Shown in pieces: positions 17,394 through 26,906 of a DNA stretch of 32,000 bases. The DNA is from Candidatus Heimdallarchaeota archaeon. Lineage in GTDB: Archaea > Asgardarchaeota > Heimdallarchaeia > JABLTI01. A model generated the notes under the pieces. That model was given only the letters and a program-made list of their open reading frames with translations. It searched no databases and was not told the DNA's origin. The position numbers were made by a program, and so were the translations under genes. The stretch is from NCBI GenBank assembly GCA_030614005.1, contig JAUWKS010000008.1:30001-62000 (forward strand), in the 5' to 3' direction. Numbering within the stretch: position 1 is the first letter of the stretch; each line of letters starts with the position of its first letter.

Positions 17394-18746
17394 ATGATGA
17401 CCTTAGAAAAAGTATACAAATTAATTGAAGAGAGAAAAGATTTAGCAATAAAAAATTTGGCAGAATTTATCGCCATTCCTTCCGTTTCTGCAAAAGAGGA
17501 ATTCTTAGTTGAAGCAGCAGAATTTTCTGAAAAGCTTCTAAAAAACAACGGTTTCAAAACAAAAATTCACGATACCGGTGGAGGACCTGTTGTAACGGGC
17601 ATTATTGATGTCGGTGCAAAAAGAACATTGATGTTCTACGACCATGCTGATGTTCAACCTGCAGAACCATTTGAGTTGTGGGATTCACCTCCTTTTGAAT
17701 TAGCTATTAGAGAGGGACGAATGTTTGGTAGAGGTGTAGCAGATAATAAAGATGAGATAGTAGGAAGAGTACATGCAATTAAAGCTTGGTTGGATGCAGG
17801 TTTAGAACTTCCATGTAACATTAAATTCGTCATAGAAACAGAAGAAGAAAGTAGCAGTAAAAACTTGGAAAATTACGTTAAAAAAGACCTTGACTTCTTT
17901 AAGAATGTTGATGGTTGTATATGGGAATTTGGTGGAAGCAACAGAGAAGGATTGCAGGAATTCATTTTAGGAGTGAAAGGAATCCTCTATGTCCAATTGT
18001 CTGTAAAACAAATGAATATCGATTCTCATTCTGCAAATGCTACTCATTTACCAAATGCTGGTGAGAGGCTTCTACAAGCGGCTAATCTGCTAAAAGATAA
18101 AGATGGGAAAATACTCATACCAAAATTCTATGATGGAATAGAAGAAATTACTAAAGAAGAAATGGAAGTAATCAAAAATTACAAATTCTATCCAGAAGAA
18201 GTCAAAGAGCATTTCGGACTAGAAGAATTCCGATATGGTATGAATAACGATGAAGCAAAGGTTGCCTACTTTACTGTACCTACTTGTAATTTATGTGGTT
18301 TCACTGCTGGTTGGCAGGGTCAAGGTGGAAAAACAGTCATTCCAAAGGAAGCTTCTTGCAAAATCGATTTCAGATTAGTGAAAGGGCAAGATCCTAAAGT
18401 GATTCTCAAGAATATGATGAAATATTTTGAAAACAACGGTTTCAGTGATATCAAAGTTGACTGGTCAAATGGTTATCCTCCTTCGAAAACATATGTAAAT
18501 GCTGATTTTGTTAATCTTTGTAAAAGAGCTAACAAGCGTGTCTACAATCATGAAGCATCTATACAATCAACATCAGGTGGTTCGGGACCAATGTATCTAT
18601 TTGGTGACTATATGCCTGTTGTTTCATTAGGTTCTGGAAATGCTAATAGCAATGCTCATGCACCAAATGAGAATATCTATGTTGATGACTTTATCGACGG
18701 TATGAAAATGATTGTGAATGTTTTAGATGAATTCAGAAATTGGTAG
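17394..18746 (+). CDS. M20/M25/M40-family metallo-hydrolase (DapE/ArgE-like dipeptidase)
   Basis: DHADVQP, GRGVADNK, ETEEE and AHAPNEN metal-binding motifs. Confidence 0.9.
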   Translation: MMTLEKVYKLIEERKDLAIKNLAEFIAIPSVSAKEEFLVEAAEFSEKLLKNNGFKTKIHDTGGGPVVTGIIDVGAKRTLMFYDHADVQPAEPFELWDSPPFELAIREGRMFGRGVADNKDEIVGRVHAIKAWLDAGLELPCNIKFVIETEEESSSKNLENYVKKDLDFFKNVDGCIWEFGGSNREGLQEFILGVKGILYVQLSVKQMNIDSHSANATHLPNAGERLLQAANLLKDKDGKILIPKFYDGIEEITKEEMEVIKNYKFYPEEVKEHFGLEEFRYGMNNDEAKVAYFTVPTCNLCGFTAGWQGQGGKTVIPKEASCKIDFRLVKGQDPKVILKNMMKYFENNGFSDIKVDWSNGYPPSKTYVNADFVNLCKRANKRVYNHEASIQSTSGGSGPMYLFGDYMPVVSLGSGNANSNAHAPNENIYVDDFIDGMKMIVNVLDEFRNW

Positions 18747-18830
18747 TTCGTTGAATAAACTACCATCTCATTCATTTTTAAAATACTATTTGAATATTCT
18801 AAAAAGAAAAAGAACTCGAATATTCGGAAT

Positions 18831-19178
18831 TTATTTTTCTAAAAGAGGAATAACACAGATAAATTTCAAAATTTCAGAACCAACGGTTTCATAGCCATGA
18901 GGTTCATTAGGAGGCATATAAATTACATCATTAGCTTTCACATGTGTTTTAGTTCCATCTTCAGCGATTAAATGACATTCTCCTTGCAAGATGAATATTT
19001 CATGTTCTTCTGGATGATTATGCATTCCAATATTCGCACCTGGTTCTAGAGTAAACAACCGCATCGCAAAACGAGGAGCTCCTTGCTCTTTGCTAATTAG
19101 CCATTGTATGGATGTTTTTGTTGAGCCGTAGCTTGTTACTGCTTCTTTCTTCACAGAATCACTGTTTATTACTAACAT
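18831..19178 (-). CDS. Cupin-domain protein
   Basis: HNHPEEHEIFILQG and MPPNEPHGY cupin motifs; SD AGGTGG upstream. Confidence 0.9.
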   Translation of the reverse strand: MLVINSDSVKKEAVTSYGSTKTSIQWLISKEQGAPRFAMRLFTLEPGANIGMHNHPEEHEIFILQGECHLIAEDGTKTHVKANDVIYMPPNEPHGYETVGSEILKFICVIPLLEK

Positions 19179-19365
19179 CAGTTTCCACCTATTCTTGATT
19201 AATTGATTGTTTGTTTTATTTTCTTGGTCTCTTTTTAATTTAGTGGAAAATTAGAATATAAAATAGGCTTGAAAAAAATAATAAACAAAAAAAGAAGTCT
19301 CCGAATATCAGAAAATTATTTTTCATAATTGGATTGCTTGTATGAGTTGGTACTGTTAGCATAAA

Positions 19366-19791
19366 TTAGTTCTTTCCATCTTTTTTCCTTAAATAATTTT
19401 GTAGTAATTTTACCACTTTGCTATGACCATTCTTGTAAGCAGCTTGAATTGCTGATTGTGTGTAATCATCATACATAGTAGATATCTCAATTTCAATAGT
19501 GGGATCAGCATCATACTCAAGAAGCAATTTCACAACATCTACAAATCTATCATTTGCAGCAAAATACAGCGCAGTTCCCTCAACAGTAGTTCTGATGTTT
19601 ACATCTGCACCTTTCTCTAAAAGATATGAAATAATCTCTAGATGCCCTTTGCTTGCAGCAATATGTAAAGCGGTTCCATCTCATTGGCTTGCTTTGTTGA
19701 CCTTCGCACCGAGTTCAAATGCTTTCTTAATCCCAGCAAGATCATCATTTATTGCTGCTTCAAAAAGTAATTCATTAGCTTTTTTCGACAG
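19366..19791 (-). pseudogene. Ankyrin-repeat protein (about 4 repeats, 141 codons) with in-frame TGA at 19681-19683 and CTG at the apparent start; absent from the ORF track
   Basis: Manual translation LSKKANELLFEAAINDDLAGIKKAFELGAKVNKASQ*DGTALHIAASKGHLEIISYLLEKGADVNIRTTVEGTALYFAANDRFVDVVKLLLEYDADPTIEIEISTMYDDYTQSAIQAAYKNGHSKVVKLLQNYLRKKDGKN*. The consensus GTALHIAA..GH.EII..LL..GADVN is clear. Confidence 0.85.
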
Positions 19792-19905
19792 ATGTATTCG
19801 ATTAAATTATTAATTAATAATATATCTAAACGTGACATCTATTATTTTTTCTAAAAATAGAAGTGAAATAATAAAAAAAGAAAAAGAAGAAATCTAGGAA
19901 CTAAC

Positions 19906-22056
19906 CTAGAATAAACCTCTTAACCAAGCTTCTAATAATGCTAGCAAACCATCTCCACCGTTTACTAATAACATTAAACCAATGAATATAGTTGATGTAA
20001 GTGTCATTACAACTAGCAATGTATTGATGCTTGGACCTGCGGTGTCTTTAAATGGATCTCCAACGGTATCGCCAGTGATTGCGGCTCTATGAGTTGGGGT
20101 ATCTTTTCCACCTAAATTGCCATCCTCTATCCATTTTTTCGCATTGTCCCAGGCACCACCGGCATTGGACATGAAAATTGCGAATACAAAACCAGAGAGA
20201 ATTGCTCCAACAATGAATGCACCTAAAGCTGCTACTCCAAATATTATACCAACTAGTAAGGGCATAGAAACGGAAAGAATACTTGGAAGAATAAGTTCTT
20301 TTAGTGCTCCTTTAGTAGCAATGTTAATGGTTTTGTGGAAATCGGGTGGTTCTGTTCCTTCTAAGATTTTAGGATTGGATTCAAACTGATTTCGTATTTC
20401 TTCGACCATTACTGTCGCATTTTTCTGTACAGATAATATCAAAAGTGCTGAGAAAAGAACTGGTGCAACAACACCTAGGAATGCTCCAATTAACACATAA
20501 ATATTCAGAAGATCCATTCCAGTTCCACCTTCGATTGCAGCAATAATTCCTGCTTCTGTAGCAAATGAGAACAATAATGCAAAAACAGCTAAATTGGCTG
20601 CGCCTATTGCAAATCCTTTGGTAATTGCTTTAGCGGTATTTCCTGCAGAATCTAACTTATCAGCAGTGCGTATTACATCTTCTCCAAGTCCACCTTGTTC
20701 AGCAATTGCCCGAGCATTATCAACAATAGGTCCATATGCATCATTGGATACAACAGTTCCAACTATAGCTAACATTCCTACTGCCGCCATTGCTACACCG
20801 TAAACACCACCTAACCAATAAGATAGAACCATTGCGACTGAAATTCCAATAGCGGGTGGAACAACACTTAGTAGACCATAAGAAAATCCTGAGAGAATGA
20901 CTACTGCATCACCTTCTTGAGCTGCGCGGGAAATATTCTTCGTGGGTGCTTTATCAGCTCGAGTAAAGAAATCACTTGTCCAACCAATAACTATGCCACT
21001 TAATAGACCAATAATTACTGCAAAATAATTTTTCCACATTATCCAGCTTTCAGCTCGGGTTATACCTTCTGTTGTTGCGGTTAAAATCCAAACAAATAAT
21101 GCTCCAAGTAACGCGAAAATTGCAGTGGCAATATAAGTCCCGAGATTCAATAATTTGCCTGGGTCTTTTGTTTTTAACCATTTTATTAATATTATTCCGA
21201 TTAAGGAAGCGAATAATCCTACACTTGATAGAAGAATTGGAAATATTGCAAATGCTCCTTGTACTGCATCTGAAAGAGATGCGAAAATAACATTTGATAA
21301 CAACATAGCTGCTAATATGGACGCAACAAAAGAGTCGAACAGGTCACTTCCCATTCCAGCAATATCTCCTACATTGTCTCCGACATTGTCAGCGATTGTT
21401 GCGGGATTGCGGACATCATCTTCTGGCAAATGGTATTCTGCTTTACCAACTAAATCAGCACCAACATCAGCTGTCTTAGTAAAAATTCCACCACCACATT
21501 TCATAAATAACGCAATGGTACTTGCACCAAAACTAAAACCTAAAATTACTACTGGTGTTTGGAAAATCCAATAAATAGTTGAAACACCAATGAGAGCAGA
21601 CCCAACAACTGCTAAGCCCATAACAGACCCACCAAAGAATGCAACATCAAATCCTTTGTCTAAACTCTTTGTGCATCCTTGAGCTGCTCGAGTGTTTGCT
21701 TTAACACCGATAATCATACCTAAGTACCCAGCAAACATAGAAGCTGCTGAACCTACTAGATAAGCAATAGCTTGTTCCCAATTTGCCTCTAATTCGATAA
21801 TTGGTATTTTTCCTTCAGTCAATTCAGACGGTAGGAATAGTAATATTACTACGAATAACACACCAACAAAAATGGATAATATTTTGTATTGTGTTTTGAT
21901 AAATGTCTTCGCTCCTTCTTCGATGTACCCTGAAACCTCAATCATTTTTTCGTTTCCAGGATCCTCTTTCAAAACGAGTATACTAAAGATTATAGCTGCA
22001 GCGATAGATATTACACCTGCGATCAGAGCCACAATCAGTATAATTGGCACAACCAT
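19906..22056 (-). CDS. hppA: Membrane-bound H+-translocating pyrophosphatase, predicted K+-independent
   Basis: GGGIFTKTADVGADLVGK, DNVGDNVGD, DAYGPIVDNA, GGAWDNAKK and GDTVGDPFKDTAGP; Lys in the GNTAKAITKG signature. Confidence 0.95.
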   Translation of the reverse strand: MVVPIILIVALIAGVISIAAAIIFSILVLKEDPGNEKMIEVSGYIEEGAKTFIKTQYKILSIFVGVLFVVILLFLPSELTEGKIPIIELEANWEQAIAYLVGSAASMFAGYLGMIIGVKANTRAAQGCTKSLDKGFDVAFFGGSVMGLAVVGSALIGVSTIYWIFQTPVVILGFSFGASTIALFMKCGGGIFTKTADVGADLVGKAEYHLPEDDVRNPATIADNVGDNVGDIAGMGSDLFDSFVASILAAMLLSNVIFASLSDAVQGAFAIFPILLSSVGLFASLIGIILIKWLKTKDPGKLLNLGTYIATAIFALLGALFVWILTATTEGITRAESWIMWKNYFAVIIGLLSGIVIGWTSDFFTRADKAPTKNISRAAQEGDAVVILSGFSYGLLSVVPPAIGISVAMVLSYWLGGVYGVAMAAVGMLAIVGTVVSNDAYGPIVDNARAIAEQGGLGEDVIRTADKLDSAGNTAKAITKGFAIGAANLAVFALLFSFATEAGIIAAIEGGTGMDLLNIYVLIGAFLGVVAPVLFSALLILSVQKNATVMVEEIRNQFESNPKILEGTEPPDFHKTINIATKGALKELILPSILSVSMPLLVGIIFGVAALGAFIVGAILSGFVFAIFMSNAGGAWDNAKKWIEDGNLGGKDTPTHRAAITGDTVGDPFKDTAGPSINTLLVVMTLTSTIFIGLMLLVNGGDGLLALLEAWLRGLF

Positions 22057-22274
22057 GATAACTCACGTATTTTTTTTATTCCTCTCAGATATTAAAACGG
22101 ATAATATTTAAAATTTGTTCAAGACTTGTTGTTTAAATTGTCTAAATTGTGACTTTATTTTGTTCTTCTCTCTTTTAATCTGGTTTAAGCTTAGAAATCC
22201 CTGCAGAAAATTATTTCTTAAATCAAATTACCAGTTATTTTACAAATTATTGGTTATTCATTAAAGCAAACTTT

Positions 22275-23159
22275 TTGAAGAATGAGACTAATATTGCTTG
22301 GGAACATAATAAAGTGGGGAACTTAACATTGCTTAATAAGAAAAATCTAACTGAAGATTTCCTTCAATTTACTAATGATTTACCACATACAATATTCGAG
22401 ATTGCTTTTAATATTAAAACTGATTTAGTAAAAATTAATTTTTTAAATAATGCTGGTAAACTTTTCATAAAAAAAATCTTTGAAGAATCCGTATTTGAAG
22501 AAGGTTTTAAACTACAAGAATTATTTGTTATTCAAGAACACTCAAGGGATTTTGCTAAATTTAGGAAAGACTTTCAATCAACTGGTGAAATTGTAATTTC
22601 TAACCGTGAATACTTGTTGGACACATTAGATGGAAAACAAATACTAATACAATGTTCTTTTACAGCAAAAAAAGATAAGGGAAACATTATCATCCGTGGT
22701 CTACTTAACGAAAAATCTAAAATAATTAAAAAAGAAATACCAAAATCGAAGGCTGATCATTACAAAACTATTGAAGACGAAGTAGAAAATTTGAAGGATT
22801 TTTTCACCGCTTTTGATGCATTAATTATGATTTTAAATGAAGAAGGAAGAATATTATTTATTTCACCAAATGTTGGTGATGACATTCTCTACTGTCCCAG
22901 AGAAGATGCAATTGGTAAAATATTAACTGAAATTTTCCCAAAAGGACAGGCAGAATTCTTCACACAGCAAATTAATGAAGTTTTTAGTAAAGGGGAAGCA
23001 AATAATTTTGAGTACCATTTACCTGTTAATAATAGACTTCTCTGGTTTCAGTGCAGAATTATTCCTATCGAAGTTAAAGATGGTAAATTTACTCAAATAG
23101 TTGCAATAATTAGGGATATAACTAAGTGGCGAGTAGAACCTATTATTAATGATAACTAA
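22275..23159 (+). CDS. Stand-alone tandem PAS (degenerate PAS plus PAS_4-like) protein without output domain
   Basis: C-terminal PAS: ILNEEGRILFISPN...IGKILTEIFP...FEYHL...WFQCRIIPI...IVAIIRDIT. An N-terminal PAS-like segment ends in EYLLDTLDGKQILIQCSF. Confidence 0.8.
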   Translation: MKNETNIAWEHNKVGNLTLLNKKNLTEDFLQFTNDLPHTIFEIAFNIKTDLVKINFLNNAGKLFIKKIFEESVFEEGFKLQELFVIQEHSRDFAKFRKDFQSTGEIVISNREYLLDTLDGKQILIQCSFTAKKDKGNIIIRGLLNEKSKIIKKEIPKSKADHYKTIEDEVENLKDFFTAFDALIMILNEEGRILFISPNVGDDILYCPREDAIGKILTEIFPKGQAEFFTQQINEVFSKGEANNFEYHLPVNNRLLWFQCRIIPIEVKDGKFTQIVAIIRDITKWRVEPIINDN

Positions 23160-23255
23160 ATTTATTAGAAATCAGTTTTTTTATTGTTACACAATAAACC
23201 AAAAGTGTTATTATTTAATAAAGCAATATCACAATTCGTTTTAGGATGAATCTCT

Positions 23256-25319
23256 ATGGAACTTCATAAACTTTGGCCAAAAGAATTACAAACTCACTAC
23301 TGGCGTTTAGATACTAATTATCACAAATTTATTCTTGCAAAAATTCAAGAAAATCCGAAAGGAAATAACATTCTTATGAATTTTATCTCTGCTGTAGATG
23401 AGCTAATTGATTCTAAGGGATCGTATATGAGTAATTCAGAGTTCTTATTCTTAGCTGCAGCTGTCAAGGTAATTCAAGGAAAGTCTGAAGCAATTCAAGA
23501 TATTTGTAATATGGATGAATTTCACCCAGGATTACATAATGCCAAAGCCTTTAGCTTGATATCACAAAAGAAATTTACTGGAGTTCCTACATTGATAAAG
23601 AAAGCAAAAGAATTTGCAAAAGATGTAGACCCGTATAATTATCTTTACGCTCTTTCTAATGAGATTTTAATGCTCTATTACACTGGCATATTTGGAATTA
23701 TTGAAGATAAAATAAAAGTTCTAACTACAGAATATAATAAGATTATAAATAAATTACCTGAAGAAAATAAAAGTAGATTAGCAGTTTTAGAAGCTTACAT
23801 ACTTGGCAAATCAGTAGAGATTTCTTTGAAACGAAGAGAAGGAAAAATAGAAGCAGGAGCAACGATAGGTCAAGAACTTATTGCTAAAACTAGAATAACA
23901 GAGAATCGATATTTGTTAAATCGTCTTCTGAATAACACTGCATTATGTTTAGTTGAAAGTGGAAATCTAAGAGCTGGTCTAAAATATTTAGAAGAAGCAT
24001 TTGCTTTTTCAGAAAATTTGGGAAATGCTATTCAATTATCCATTGGAGGAAATAATATTGGGTTTATTTATCGAAATATGGGAAATATTGAGCAATCAAT
24101 GAAATATTTCTATATTGCTCTTGAGCATTCAAAACGAGCAAATATAGCTCCTTATATTATTGCTACCGAAACAAATATTGCTCATTTGCATTTAGATTTC
24201 GGAAATCCAAAGCTTGCACTTGCAGATTCCGACATAGCTTTGGAAAGTTTAGAGAATAGCGATGTGCCTGTGCCACCCCAAATAGAAATTGCTTTGGATC
24301 TTTGTCGTGCAGATATCTTTGAGCAATTAGGGGATTTCGATAAAGTTCGTGATATTCTTAATCATGCTCTTGAGATAGTTCAATCTGCAGATTTGAATAA
24401 GGAAATTCCTAAAATTAATTTAAGATTTGCCCGAATTTCTGCCAAACAACAAAACCTTGGAGAAGCAAATCAAAAGCTTTCAGAAGCGCTTGAGTTTGCA
24501 ATTAAAAACAACTCCTATGAAATAATAGTAAATGCGAAATTGCAATTGGCTGAAATTGATTTATTGAGATATCGAATGACAAATCAAAATATCTTGTTGT
24601 TAGCAGCTTATGAAAAAATACTCGATTCTGAACAACTTTGTCTCGAGCAAAATTACAAATTAGTGCTAATTGATGTTTATATTTTGAAAGGATTATTACT
24701 TTCGATAAACAATAAGAAAAAAGAGGGAACAAAAGCACTAGAAAAAGCAATTGCTTTAGCACAAGAGCTAAATATCCTTGAGAAAGAACAAGAAGCAAGA
24801 AACCAACTAGGTGAAATTGAGAAAGAAAAGAAGAGTTTGCTTGTTAGAATATTCACTCGGATAAACCAATCAATTAGATCAACGATTGCTTTTGAAAGTG
24901 TTACTGGCCCTAAAAATATTGTAGCTGATGTTCAAGCTTTATTCCTCATCACAAGAGAATCCGGTTTGCCATTCTATCAAAAGGAATTCAGTGATTCAAA
25001 GCAAATTGATTCCGGACTATTATCAGGTCTATTATCAGCTATTAGAACAATGAGTCAAACAATTCTGGATGCAAAAGAAGATGGGTTGAAATTAATTGAT
25101 CATGGGGATATTGCAATAATGCTTGAAACCCGCGAAAAGTTATTTTTTGCTCTGGTAGTTTCAAAAGAAACATACTTGCTTCGGGAAAAGCTTCGAGAAT
25201 TTGCTGATACTTTATCGGCTGAAGCAATTATAAAGATAATTGATGAAGGCTTGGTAACTATCACAGAAAAGCAAAAAGAATTAATTGAAAAGCTTATCTC
25301 TACAACCTTTAACAAATAA
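23256..25319 (+). CDS. TPR-repeat protein with C-terminal longin-like domain
   Basis: TPR helices such as LLNNTALCLVESGNLRAGLKYLEEA and GNNIGFIYRNMGNIEQSMKYFYIAL. The C-terminus from about 24930 reads LFLITRESGLPFY...LLSGLLSAIRTMSQ...LIDHGDIAIMLE...FFALVVS, the Asgard longin pattern. Confidence 0.8.
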   Translation: MELHKLWPKELQTHYWRLDTNYHKFILAKIQENPKGNNILMNFISAVDELIDSKGSYMSNSEFLFLAAAVKVIQGKSEAIQDICNMDEFHPGLHNAKAFSLISQKKFTGVPTLIKKAKEFAKDVDPYNYLYALSNEILMLYYTGIFGIIEDKIKVLTTEYNKIINKLPEENKSRLAVLEAYILGKSVEISLKRREGKIEAGATIGQELIAKTRITENRYLLNRLLNNTALCLVESGNLRAGLKYLEEAFAFSENLGNAIQLSIGGNNIGFIYRNMGNIEQSMKYFYIALEHSKRANIAPYIIATETNIAHLHLDFGNPKLALADSDIALESLENSDVPVPPQIEIALDLCRADIFEQLGDFDKVRDILNHALEIVQSADLNKEIPKINLRFARISAKQQNLGEANQKLSEALEFAIKNNSYEIIVNAKLQLAEIDLLRYRMTNQNILLLAAYEKILDSEQLCLEQNYKLVLIDVYILKGLLLSINNKKKEGTKALEKAIALAQELNILEKEQEARNQLGEIEKEKKSLLVRIFTRINQSIRSTIAFESVTGPKNIVADVQALFLITRESGLPFYQKEFSDSKQIDSGLLSGLLSAIRTMSQTILDAKEDGLKLIDHGDIAIMLETREKLFFALVVSKETYLLREKLREFADTLSAEAIIKIIDEGLVTITEKQKELIEKLISTTFNK

Positions 25320-26741
25320 CTATTTGCTATTAGTAAAGAGTTCATCATTTAATGAAATAAGATTGCTCATTCCGTAAGGAGTTTTTTTTACTAATCCTTT
25401 TGCTTGTAAGCGGCCAACACATCTAGAAATAGTTGATTTCGATAAGGAAGTCCTTCTACAAATAGCCGCTTGTGTTAACTCTTTTCCATCTAATATTTCT
25501 TGAAAAACAAGAAATTCCTTTTCTGTTAAAATTTCCTTCCATTTTTGGATATCAATTTGTCTTATTGCAATTTTTGATTCATCGTCAAACGTTTCAGGAC
25601 TAGTGTCATCTTTCTTCGAAAAGAACCATTTGTCCTTTCTATAAAGAATAAAGAGTGTAGACCCAATTCCAACTAAAAACAAACTAGGTATACTTGTGCT
25701 TAATATAATAGCTAAATTGCTCACTTTGCTTATTTGACCGGTGACACTGATTTCTAATGGAAATGCATCAATACTAAATTGGATAGAGATATTTCCAGAA
25801 ATAGAACCAACTGTAGAGGTATCAATTATTGCCTTAAGATACATAGCTCTTCCAATGCCCAAACTCCACGAAGTGAAATTTGTTTCTATCCAATTTGGTG
25901 TTTCAATTGTTCCTTGTAATGGAATATTTTCGTTGTTTGTTATCAAAAATGTTTTTTCAATATTTTTGACATTTCTTCTTATTTTTCCAACATTCCATCC
26001 ATTAGGCGATATGTCGAGTTCTTCGATAATTAATGGACTTGAAAAGTTAATATTTGAATAAAACAAGAATTTATTTACTTCCAACCAAGATAAAATCAGT
26101 CTTTTCCCAATAGTTGAAATTGTATGAGGATTAGGAATGCATTTTATTAATGCTAATCCTTTATCAAAAATGATCCTAGTATTTTGTGTTCCTACCCGTC
26201 GTAACCAATCTATTCCCAGTTTATAATTATATTTTGTCGATAATTCTGCAGTATCTTGCACAAAAGTAATTTTCACATTTCTTGTGAATCCTACCGGAAT
26301 ATCTGATGATAGTGTAAACTGTATCTTTGTTGAATTCTCTAATTCCGTTGCAGTGTAAGGTAATATTTTACTACCCGATTCAATAACTTGAACACTTCGT
26401 ACAAAACCTGCCACTTCAATAGTTTCGATATTTGTATTTTGAAGTGAGCTTGCTTCATCAACACCAACAAACTCAATATCCAACTGTATTTGAGCTGTTT
26501 TTGTATGCAAATAGCTGGTTATTTTTCCAACAGAAATATCATAATTTGTTTCTTGTAAAGGTGAGAGAGTATTTGGAATGACTGTTTTTACATAAGGTGA
26601 ACTCAATGTCTCTTCAGTGGTAAATTCATTATTTGATAATTGATACTCAATCTGATTTTTCGGTTTTAATGAAAATAATGATGCTAAAAATATTACAACA
26701 ATTAGGATTGTTACTATTTTTCCTGTGTTCTTTTTTAGCAT
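25320..26741 (-). CDS. Membrane-anchored transcription regulator: ectodomain, TM and C-terminal MarR-like winged HTH
   Basis: N-terminal hydrophobic segment, beta-rich/Ig-like region, TM LAIILSTSIPSLFLVGIGSTLFILY, then LTEKEFLVFQEIL...LTQAAICRRTSLSKSTISRCVGRLQAKGLVKKTPYGMSNLISL. Confidence 0.8.
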   Translation of the reverse strand: MLKKNTGKIVTILIVVIFLASLFSLKPKNQIEYQLSNNEFTTEETLSSPYVKTVIPNTLSPLQETNYDISVGKITSYLHTKTAQIQLDIEFVGVDEASSLQNTNIETIEVAGFVRSVQVIESGSKILPYTATELENSTKIQFTLSSDIPVGFTRNVKITFVQDTAELSTKYNYKLGIDWLRRVGTQNTRIIFDKGLALIKCIPNPHTISTIGKRLILSWLEVNKFLFYSNINFSSPLIIEELDISPNGWNVGKIRRNVKNIEKTFLITNNENIPLQGTIETPNWIETNFTSWSLGIGRAMYLKAIIDTSTVGSISGNISIQFSIDAFPLEISVTGQISKVSNLAIILSTSIPSLFLVGIGSTLFILYRKDKWFFSKKDDTSPETFDDESKIAIRQIDIQKWKEILTEKEFLVFQEILDGKELTQAAICRRTSLSKSTISRCVGRLQAKGLVKKTPYGMSNLISLNDELFTNSK

Positions 26742-26843
26742 ATCCTCTTACCTCAAATAGTTACTACTTCAATAGGTTTATTCAAAACTTTAAAATTATC
26801 TAAATAAAAGATATTTGAAGAGTGGGTTCGAATATTAACTGTT

Positions 26844-26858
26844 AGTGCAATTTGCACT
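26844..26858. promoter_or_regulatory. Palindrome AGTGCAA-T-TTGCACT upstream of the TM-HTH gene, candidate operator
   Basis: Perfect 7-bp inverted repeat with 1-nt spacer in the 165-nt intergenic region. Confidence 0.35.
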
Positions 26859-26906
26859 TATACCAGGCAGTATGAACGGTCCTACTCCTCATTTTTGTGA
26901 AATCAT

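Noticed and set aside
18792-18826. Two GAATATTC palindromes between convergent genes
   Set aside because: Short, AT-rich and not in a promoter position.
19300-19330. ATGA...TGAT downstream of the ankyrin gene on the minus strand as a possible SECIS core
   Set aside because: Only about 11 nt separate ATGA and TGAT, too short for SECIS helix II and the apical AA loop.
19499-19813. 104-aa plus-strand ORF in the track
   Set aside because: Antisense shadow of the ankyrin gene on the minus strand.
19806-19821. Perfect 16-bp palindrome ATTATTAATTAATAAT
   Set aside because: A/T only, in a very AT-rich intergenic region; plausible by chance.
26824-26833. GGGTTCGAAT resembling a tRNA T-loop
   Set aside because: It is followed by ATT rather than CCC, so no T-stem forms, and no cloverleaf is visible.
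3921-26850. TTGCACTAA at 3921-3929 is the reverse complement of TTAGTGCAA at 26842-26850
   Set aside because: One 9-mer match on either strand of 32 kb is expected by chance.
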